A DNA stretch of 64,000 nt from Candidatus Auribacterota bacterium (GTDB lineage: Bacteria > Auribacterota > JAFGBW01 > JAFGJP01). Position 1 is the first letter of the stretch. Each line of letters begins with the position of its first letter. The notes beneath the pieces were generated by a model that was not told the DNA's origin, ran no database searches, and saw only the letters and a list, made by a program, of their open reading frames with translations. Location: positions 18,386 to 82,385 of the forward strand of contig JAGLFH010000030.1 of assembly GCA_023144635.1 (NCBI GenBank), given 5' to 3'. Positions 58,027-64,000 of the stretch are shown here, piece by piece. Both the position numbers and the translations under genes were made by a program.

Positions 58027-58530
58027 TCAAGCTTTTTTTGACGTTTGTTTTGTTAAATATAAAATATAATTTTCCAGTGCTTCATTTTTGTTAAGAAATT
58101 CTGCACCAAATGTCTGGATAGATGCATCATCGTTAGACCAAACAAGCTTACATGGTATATTGCAATCTTTTATATCATCATTATTTTTTATCTCTATTAT
58201 TATTTCATCTTCTTTTTTAAACTTAATAGGAGGATCCTTTATTTTGCATTTCAAACCCATGGAACTGATATTCTCTATTGTTGCAAAATGCTGAGCGGAT
58301 CTTGATTTGTTATGGATGAATGCTTCAAGATTTACATCTATTCTTTTTGCACAGCGCTTTTCTATGCCTTTATATTTTTCTGTATTTATAAATTCGACAT
58401 GATAGGGTGTGCAGAATTTTCTTTTTCTGCAAAGGCTTATAAGTATTGCAAACGTAACAGTTACATAAAGGATGATTACACCGAGCGCGAGTAAGATCTT
58501 AGATATGCTTATAAAATCAAAATCACTCAT
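58027..58530 (-). CDS. membrane-anchored PilZ-domain protein
   Basis: N-terminal TM; RCAKRIDVNLEAF (RxxxR-like) and ENISSMGLKCKI (DxSxxG-like). Confidence 0.5.
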   Translation of the reverse strand: MSDFDFISISKILLALGVIILYVTVTFAILISLCRKRKFCTPYHVEFINTEKYKGIEKRCAKRIDVNLEAFIHNKSRSAQHFATIENISSMGLKCKIKDPPIKFKKEDEIIIEIKNNDDIKDCNIPCKLVWSNDDASIQTFGAEFLNKNEALENYILYLTKQTSKKA

Positions 58531-59146
58531 TGAACCTTTTCCTTTTTTTCATTTTTAAAAGAACATCACGTATTTCCTGTGTATCTATTTTTATTTCTTT
58601 TTGAGGAGATTTCTTTTTTATAATAAATATAATTTTTTGTATCATATTATCAATATCCTGAAGATCAGTCTTTTTTTTGTAATCAAGATTTGACATCATA
58701 TCATTAAAGCTCATCTCAACATCTTTAAATGCATCACGCTTTCTAAAAGAAACCCTTTTACTGTATTTTCCGCGTGATACGTCTCTCATCGCTTTATTTA
58801 ATTTATATAATGGCCCTGCTATACGGTGAGAAGCCATGGTGCTTGGTACAAGTATTACTGCAAAAAGGAACACTGCAAAAATGGATGTTTCAAAAAGGAT
58901 GTACTCCGGAAGCTGTTTAGTGGAAGTGTTTGAAACAAGATCTGTTCCTGTAAAACTGTTTATAAGAAGTGAATAGACTTTATTGTCATAACGCAGCCGG
59001 TATATTTGATCAGAATATTTTTGATGTATATGATAAAAAAAAGCAAGGGTAAGAAAAATAACAACACATGATTGAAAAAGGAAAAAAAAAGCAAATCTTA
59101 TTTGAAAATTCTTATTTATCAGATATCTTTTTCTAATATTTTTCAT
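58523..59146 (-). CDS. 2-TM membrane protein with HAMP domain only
   Basis: Two TM helices then HRIAGPLYKLNKAMRDVSRGKYSKRVSFRKRDAFKDVEMSFNDMMSNL (HAMP AS1-connector-AS2 pattern); no output domain. Confidence 0.5.
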   Translation of the reverse strand: MKNIRKRYLINKNFQIRFAFFFLFQSCVVIFLTLAFFYHIHQKYSDQIYRLRYDNKVYSLLINSFTGTDLVSNTSTKQLPEYILFETSIFAVFLFAVILVPSTMASHRIAGPLYKLNKAMRDVSRGKYSKRVSFRKRDAFKDVEMSFNDMMSNLDYKKKTDLQDIDNMIQKIIFIIKKKSPQKEIKIDTQEIRDVLLKMKKRKRFNE

Positions 59147-59233
59147 AAAGTCTCCTCACAAACTTTTAGAACCGGCGGTGAGTGGGATCATTTATGAATG
59201 ATATAGCCGGGTCTGGCTATCGGGTACAGTCAA

Positions 59234-59632
59234 TTAATTGAGAAAATGTTCAATAAATTCGGCAAAGGCAAAAGAATCCTGTTTTTGTACGTTCTTAAAA
59301 GAAAGTGCAACAGTGTAAAGTTCGGTCAGATTTATCTTCTCACACCGTAAAACGGTACCGGATATCACAAGCTTTCTAAGAGGATATGTAGGTAATGCCA
59401 GTGTTATGTCAAGATTGTTTCCAACGTTTATAGACTCAAAAGTTTCAAAGCATAAACCGCCTACACTTAAATTAAGACTGTTTCCGTAGACAACTTCTTT
59501 ATTATTACTGATTGGAATACTACCGTTATCGTTTATGCGATATCGTATTATTGACCAAAAAGGAATCCTGATATTTTGTCTTCTTTCAGGAGCATGTTTT
59601 TTTAAAACGACCATATTACACCTATACAACAA
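59234..59632 (-). CDS. PilZ-domain protein
   Basis: RRQNIRIPF (RxxxR) and [14 protein letters not shown] (DxSxGG-like); start overlaps the leuS stop by 11 nt. Confidence 0.6.
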   Translation of the reverse strand: MLYRCNMVVLKKHAPERRQNIRIPFWSIIRYRINDNGSIPISNNKEVVYGNSLNLSVGGLCFETFESINVGNNLDITLALPTYPLRKLVISGTVLRCEKINLTELYTVALSFKNVQKQDSFAFAEFIEHFLN

Positions 59633-62135
59633 CTAAATTAAGAAGCTTTTTGGGAACGTAAATCTTTTTCTTAATAATTTTATCTTTTATATATTTTACT
59701 ATATTATCATTTTTTTTGCATAACTCAAAGATTTCTTCTTGAGTGGTATATTGCGTTGCAGATACAACACCGCGAAGCTTTCCGTTTATTTGTACAGGTA
59801 TTTCAATAATATCTTCTATTAAATATCTTTCATCATACTTTGGCCAATCAGCTTTAAAAACACTACTTCCTTTATCAGTTAATATACTCCAGATCTCTTC
59901 TGAAAAATGTGGGACAAAAGGGGCCAATAAAATTATTATATTTGCGCAAGACTTTCCTATTACAATGGTTGCCGTATTATCGGATGACCTTATGTACTCA
60001 GTTAGATCATTAAAGAATTCCATTATTGAAGCAATAGCTGTATTAAAATGAAATCCGTTTTCGATACTTTCTGTTATTTTTTTAACTGTTTTATTAAGTT
60101 TTACATAAAGGTCTTTTTCTTTTTGAGATAATAAACTATCTTCTATCTCTTTTTTGGTAGATAAGTATTCTTTTATAGAATCAATGTTTTCAGAAAACAT
60201 TCTCCAGCATCGTTTTAAAAAGCGGGATGCTCCTTCTACGCCCTGATCACTCCATTCAGCGTCTTTTTCAGGAGGACCAATAAATAGAGTATAAAGCCGT
60301 ACTGTATCGGCTCCGTATTTATTTATTAACGCATCAGGGCTTACAACGTTACCTTTGGATTTCGACATTTTCTCAAGCTTACCAGTTGTAGGGCTTTTTT
60401 TGCATATCATGCCTTGTGTGAATAGGTTAGCAAAGGGTTCATCAAAGCCTGTATGCTTGCAATCAAATAATACTTTTGTAATAAATCTGGAATAGAGCAG
60501 ATGAAGTATAGCATGTTCTATTCCACCAATGTACTGGTCTACAGGAAGCCATTTGTTGACATCATCAGTATTAAAAGGAGAGTTTTCATCATTTGGATTG
60601 ATATATCTTAAATAATACCAGCTAGAATCAACAAAAGTATCCATCGTTTCAGTATCTCTTTTTGCTTTTCCATTACATTTAGGGCAGGTTGTATCATAGA
60701 ATTCTTTTACATAACTAAGAGGTGATTCGCCGGTAGGTTTAAAATCTACATCTTCAGGAAGTATAACGGGAAGATCTTTAACAGGTACGGGTACAGTACC
60801 GCATTTATCACAGTAGATGATTGGAATTGGTGCACCCCAGAACCTTTGACGCGATATAAGCCAATCACGAAGACGGTAATTTATGGTTCTTTTTCCTATT
60901 TCATTTTCTTCAACAAAATCAGCCATCTTGTCCTTTGAAACATCTGTGTGAAGTCCGTCAAACTGGCCGGAATTCACTTGCAATCCTTCAGCTTCCCATG
61001 AAGCGGCCATCTCTTTAGAAGAAACTATTTCTTTATCTTTTGGTTGGATCACGATTTTAATAGGGAGATCATATTTTTTTGCAAATTCAAAATCTCTTTG
61101 ATCGTGTGCAGGTACGGCCATAATAGCGCCTGTCCCGTATCCCATAAGAACATAGTCTGATATCCACAGTGGTATTTTTTCTTTTGTAACAGGATTTGTG
61201 ATCCTTATTCCAGTATTAACACCGCGCTTTTCAGTCTCAGACATTCTCTCCTGTTCGGATTCTTTCATAACGCTTTGTACAAAAGATTTAATTTTTTCTT
61301 TTTCAGGACTTATCTCTATTATTTTTTCTACCAGAGGATGCTCGGGTGCTATAACCATAAAGGTAACGCCAAAAATAGTATCAATGCGTGTAGTAAAGCA
61401 CTTGAGAGTGGTATCAAAATCTTCTATAAAAAAATTAAGTTCTACACCGGTGCTTTTCCCTATCCAGTTGCGCTGCATAGTCTTTACGCGTGTCGGCCAG
61501 TTGTCAAGTTTATCTAGATCCTGTAAAAGACGTTCCGCATAATCTGTTATTTTAAAAAACCACTGATCAAGCGGTTTTTTTGAAACTCCGGAAGAACAGC
61601 GTTCACATACACCATCACCTATTACCTGTTCATTTGCGAGCACTGTTTTGCATGACGGGCACCAGTTCACGTAAGCAAAGTTTTTGTAAGCAAGGCCATT
61701 TTCATAAAGTTTTAGGAAAAGCCATTGTGTCCATTTGTAATAATTTGGCAAGCATGATGTTACTTCTCTTTTCCAGTCATAGCATACGCCCCATTCTCTT
61801 AATTGTTCTTTCATCTTTTTTATGTTGTTAAGTGTGCTTATTTTGGGGTGTATATTGTTTTTTATTGCAGCATTTTCAGCAGGAAGCCCAAAAGCATCCC
61901 ACCCCATAGGGGTAAGGACATGATATCCGTGAAGCATTTTATAGCGCGCAACAACATCACCTATAATATAATTTCTGCCATGACCAACATGGAGTGCTGC
62001 AGAAGGATAGGGGAACATGACAAGGCAGTAATATTTGTTTTCGCTTGTAGAGTTATTTGTTTCAAATATTTTTTTGTCCAGCCAGTATTTTTGCCATTTT
62101 TTTTCAATTTTGGCTGCATCATAAGTCTCTTGCAT
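59622..62135 (-). CDS. leuS: leucine--tRNA ligase
   Basis: 837 aa; HIGH-type motif ([13 protein letters not shown]) and KMSKS (KMSKSKGN); class-I aaRS editing and anticodon-binding domains. Confidence 0.9.
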   Translation of the reverse strand: MQETYDAAKIEKKWQKYWLDKKIFETNNSTSENKYYCLVMFPYPSAALHVGHGRNYIIGDVVARYKMLHGYHVLTPMGWDAFGLPAENAAIKNNIHPKISTLNNIKKMKEQLREWGVCYDWKREVTSCLPNYYKWTQWLFLKLYENGLAYKNFAYVNWCPSCKTVLANEQVIGDGVCERCSSGVSKKPLDQWFFKITDYAERLLQDLDKLDNWPTRVKTMQRNWIGKSTGVELNFFIEDFDTTLKCFTTRIDTIFGVTFMVIAPEHPLVEKIIEISPEKEKIKSFVQSVMKESEQERMSETEKRGVNTGIRITNPVTKEKIPLWISDYVLMGYGTGAIMAVPAHDQRDFEFAKKYDLPIKIVIQPKDKEIVSSKEMAASWEAEGLQVNSGQFDGLHTDVSKDKMADFVEENEIGKRTINYRLRDWLISRQRFWGAPIPIIYCDKCGTVPVPVKDLPVILPEDVDFKPTGESPLSYVKEFYDTTCPKCNGKAKRDTETMDTFVDSSWYYLRYINPNDENSPFNTDDVNKWLPVDQYIGGIEHAILHLLYSRFITKVLFDCKHTGFDEPFANLFTQGMICKKSPTTGKLEKMSKSKGNVVSPDALINKYGADTVRLYTLFIGPPEKDAEWSDQGVEGASRFLKRCWRMFSENIDSIKEYLSTKKEIEDSLLSQKEKDLYVKLNKTVKKITESIENGFHFNTAIASIMEFFNDLTEYIRSSDNTATIVIGKSCANIIILLAPFVPHFSEEIWSILTDKGSSVFKADWPKYDERYLIEDIIEIPVQINGKLRGVVSATQYTTQEEIFELCKKNDNIVKYIKDKIIKKKIYVPKKLLNLVVV

Positions 62136-62215
62136 TTAGATCTCCTTGTATATTTTAGTAGGACGCAGATAAGTTTTAAGAAAAAAAGTTGTGCTTGCTT
62201 TATAAAACAGGAATT

Positions 62216-62758
62216 TTATTCTTCTTCTCCAAAAACTTGTGCAGAAAAAATAAATATTTCAGCACCTTGTTTCCATGCATCCATTCCAAGGCCTGCTTTT
62301 TGGCAGACATGTTTTAAAAATTCATCTCTATCCCATCCGTATTCGGTTGCTACCTGAGGAAGCAAAAGGCCTGAATAAAATCCTTTTTTTATATAAAGGC
62401 CGTGTTTTCCTACTTCAATTTCATCTATGGAATCTATTTTTTCAAAAGGCGTAAGAACAGATATTTCAAATCTTATCTCGGCAAGCTCTGATGCTGTTAC
62501 CGGAGAGAACCTGGTATCACGGGTTCCTGCATTAATTGCCATTTCAGCTACGGTTTCAAAAATAGGCTTAACTCCTATGATGTAGCCGATACAGCCTCGC
62601 AAGTTTCCTTTATTCTTTAGTGTTACAAAAGCTCCCATTTTTTCTTTTAATATTTCACTTTCAACAGAAAACTCTTTTTCATTGCCGTCTTTAAGATATG
62701 AATCAAGAGATTCTCTTGCAATACGCAATAGTTCTTTTTTATTGTCTTCATTTAACAT
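62216..62758 (-). CDS. AmmeMemoRadiSam system protein A (AMMECR1 domain)
   Basis: LRGCIGYI AMMECR1 signature. Track ORF extends to 62863 with a hydrophobic N-term, but ATG at 62758 (MLNEDNKK...) is preceded by a GGGAGG RBS at -8. Confidence 0.7.
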   Translation of the reverse strand: MLNEDNKKELLRIARESLDSYLKDGNEKEFSVESEILKEKMGAFVTLKNKGNLRGCIGYIIGVKPIFETVAEMAINAGTRDTRFSPVTASELAEIRFEISVLTPFEKIDSIDEIEVGKHGLYIKKGFYSGLLLPQVATEYGWDRDEFLKHVCQKAGLGMDAWKQGAEIFIFSAQVFGEEE

Positions 62759-62941
62759 TTTGACCGCCTCCCAACCGCTGCTTTCTGATACTACGACAAG
62801 CGGAGATAAAAAGTTCAATAATAAAAAAACGCTAAAAAAAAATAGAACATATTTTTTAATCATATAAAATTAAGTTTTTCTTTAAAATCCTGTATTTTCT
62901 GTATTTAATGTTTTGTTATTATATAAAAACATTAGAAATAT

Positions 62942-63496
62942 TCAATCACGTTTTTTAAAAATGCGTATCTTTAACCTGTTGTGTATTATTTCAAATCCAA
63001 GAATAGCTATAATACCGGAGATCATATTTAAGGCAATATCCCTTAAATCGAAAAATCTTGAGGGAAGAATGAGTTGAAAAAGTTCATCAAGCACTCCAAT
63101 CAGGCTTGTTACGATAATTGCTGTTGTGTATTGTAGTTTTACAGGAAAGTTCCATGATGCTGATTTTCTTACGATTAGGGCAAGTATGCCAAATTCCAGA
63201 AAATGAAATTTTTCCTCGATCGTCTCAGTGGTTTTGAGCAGAGATGCAAGCAGAAAAGTCAGAAAGAGAAGCCCTGCAGCCGAGCGAACATTAAAAAAGT
63301 GGGGATTTTTTTTGATATATAAGATTATGAAAACTGTTGATATTGCAAAACCCGAGTAAATAGTTATAGTTAGAAACCCAGCTTTTCTAAAGGCATTACT
63401 GATATCACGTGCAAAAATTGTGAAAATAAAGATAAAAAGTGTATAAAGAATAACGGCAGCGAAATATTTCTTTTTTTGAGAGTTATCTAAGATCAT
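62942..63496 (-). CDS. small polytopic membrane protein (VanZ-like?)
   Basis: 4-5 TM helices; FHFLEFGILALIV and RDIALNMISGIIA loosely resemble VanZ-family motifs. Confidence 0.35.
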   Translation of the reverse strand: MILDNSQKKKYFAAVILYTLFIFIFTIFARDISNAFRKAGFLTITIYSGFAISTVFIILYIKKNPHFFNVRSAAGLLFLTFLLASLLKTTETIEEKFHFLEFGILALIVRKSASWNFPVKLQYTTAIIVTSLIGVLDELFQLILPSRFFDLRDIALNMISGIIAILGFEIIHNRLKIRIFKKRD

Positions 63497-63638
63497 ACAA
63501 GCACATTATAGATCACAAGTAAATTTATTTGAATATTTAATAATTGTTTTGATTAGATATAAAAAAAATCAAATTTATTTTTACAATTTTAAGTCTATGG
63601 TAATATATGTATACTTACTTAAAAAAAGAGGTTGGAAA

Positions 63639-64000
63639 ATGAAAAATTTTGTTTTTGCAATTTTGTTTTCGCTTGTTTTATCTTTGTGTTCGTTTGTCTT
63701 CTCAGATGATGTTATAGATTCAATAAATGAGGGAATTGAACAGTATAAGAATAAGCAATATAAATCAGCTATTGAGAGTTTTGAATATGCAAGCGGTCTT
63801 CTTCGGCAAAAAAGGAGTGAGATGCTGGCTACTTTTTTGCCTGAAGCAATGATAGGGTGGCAATCAGGTGAAGCTGAATCAAGCGCTATTACGCGAGCTA
63901 TGTTCGGTGGCGGTATAAGCGCAAAACGTAAATATACAAAAGGGACTTCATCAGTAGAAATAAACTGTATGACAGATTCTCCTATACTGCAAAGCATGAT
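63639..64000 (+). CDS. secreted hypothetical protein, 3' end lies outside the window
   Basis: ATG at 63639 preceded by AAAGAGG RBS; signal peptide MKNFVFAILFSLVLSLCSFVFSDD; frame open to the window end. Confidence 0.55.
   Translation, partial: MKNFVFAILFSLVLSLCSFVFSDDVIDSINEGIEQYKNKQYKSAIESFEYASGLLRQKRSEMLATFLPEAMIGWQSGEAESSAITRAMFGGGISAKRKYTKGTSSVEINCMTDSPILQSM

Noticed and set aside
62759-62863. Signal-peptide-like N-terminus on the AMMECR1 protein
   Set aside because: Internal ATG at 62758 has a strong GGGAGG RBS and yields a normal cytoplasmic AMMECR1 N-terminus; the upstream hydrophobic extension is probably untranslated.
63581-63997. 138-aa minus-strand ORF at window end
   Set aside because: Antisense to a plus-strand ORF that has a good RBS and a clear signal peptide (63639..); judged a shadow frame.
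1-64000. CRISPR arrays, rRNA genes, prophage or integrase genes
   Set aside because: No regularly spaced direct repeats of 25-40 bp, no rRNA-like conserved blocks, no recombinase or transposase ORF recognised. The only mobile-like features are the small repeat-bounded elements reported above.

Overview
AT-rich (~35% GC) bacterial chromosomal segment, most likely from an anaerobic Deltaproteobacteria- or Nitrospirota-like organism; the lineage cannot be resolved from sequence alone. Left to right: (1) 1..8017: a truncated sensor kinase, tRNA-Arg(ACG) next to tadA, the conserved rpmH-rnpA-yidD-yidC block, then trpB2-iorA-iorB with almost no gap. (2) 8077..19708, all on the minus strand: an aromatic-acid/amino-acid island with two PaaK-family ligases (one with a degenerate P-loop), an ACT protein, a livKHMGF-type ABC importer, an outer-membrane beta-barrel and a CSC-motif permease. 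(3) ~19891..20244: a ~350-bp element with iteron-like inverted termini. (4) 20316..24189: a flippase-like membrane protein fused to a TolB-type beta-propeller, translationally coupled to an ArnT-like GT-C glycosyltransferase. (5) 24402..26433: an orphan LivK paralog and an amidohydrolase sharing a palindromic divergent promoter. (6) 26778..47966: a ~20-kb chemosensory island bracketed by two paralogous 247-aa outer-membrane (Gcw_chp-like) genes. It holds a periplasmic rhodanese, three MCPs (two with single in-frame stop codons), a PhnD-like binding protein, cheW x2, PilZ, cheR, cheB, a GxxExxY element with terminal inverted repeats between cheB and cheA, cheA, cheD, cheC/X, cheY x2, HDOD, a CheX-like-REC fusion, CBS and REC. 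(7) 48171..50936: a family of GC-rich structured intergenic repeats flanking a secreted permuted-papain amidase gene and a VanX-like dipeptidase. (8) 51080..64000: an 809-aa coiled-coil protein, AmmeMemoRadiSam proteins B and A ~8 kb apart, MgtC, a TerB-like protein, a frameshifted comEC, a leuS-PilZ-HAMP-PilZ operon, and a partial secreted-protein gene at the edge. No CRISPR array or rRNA was seen.
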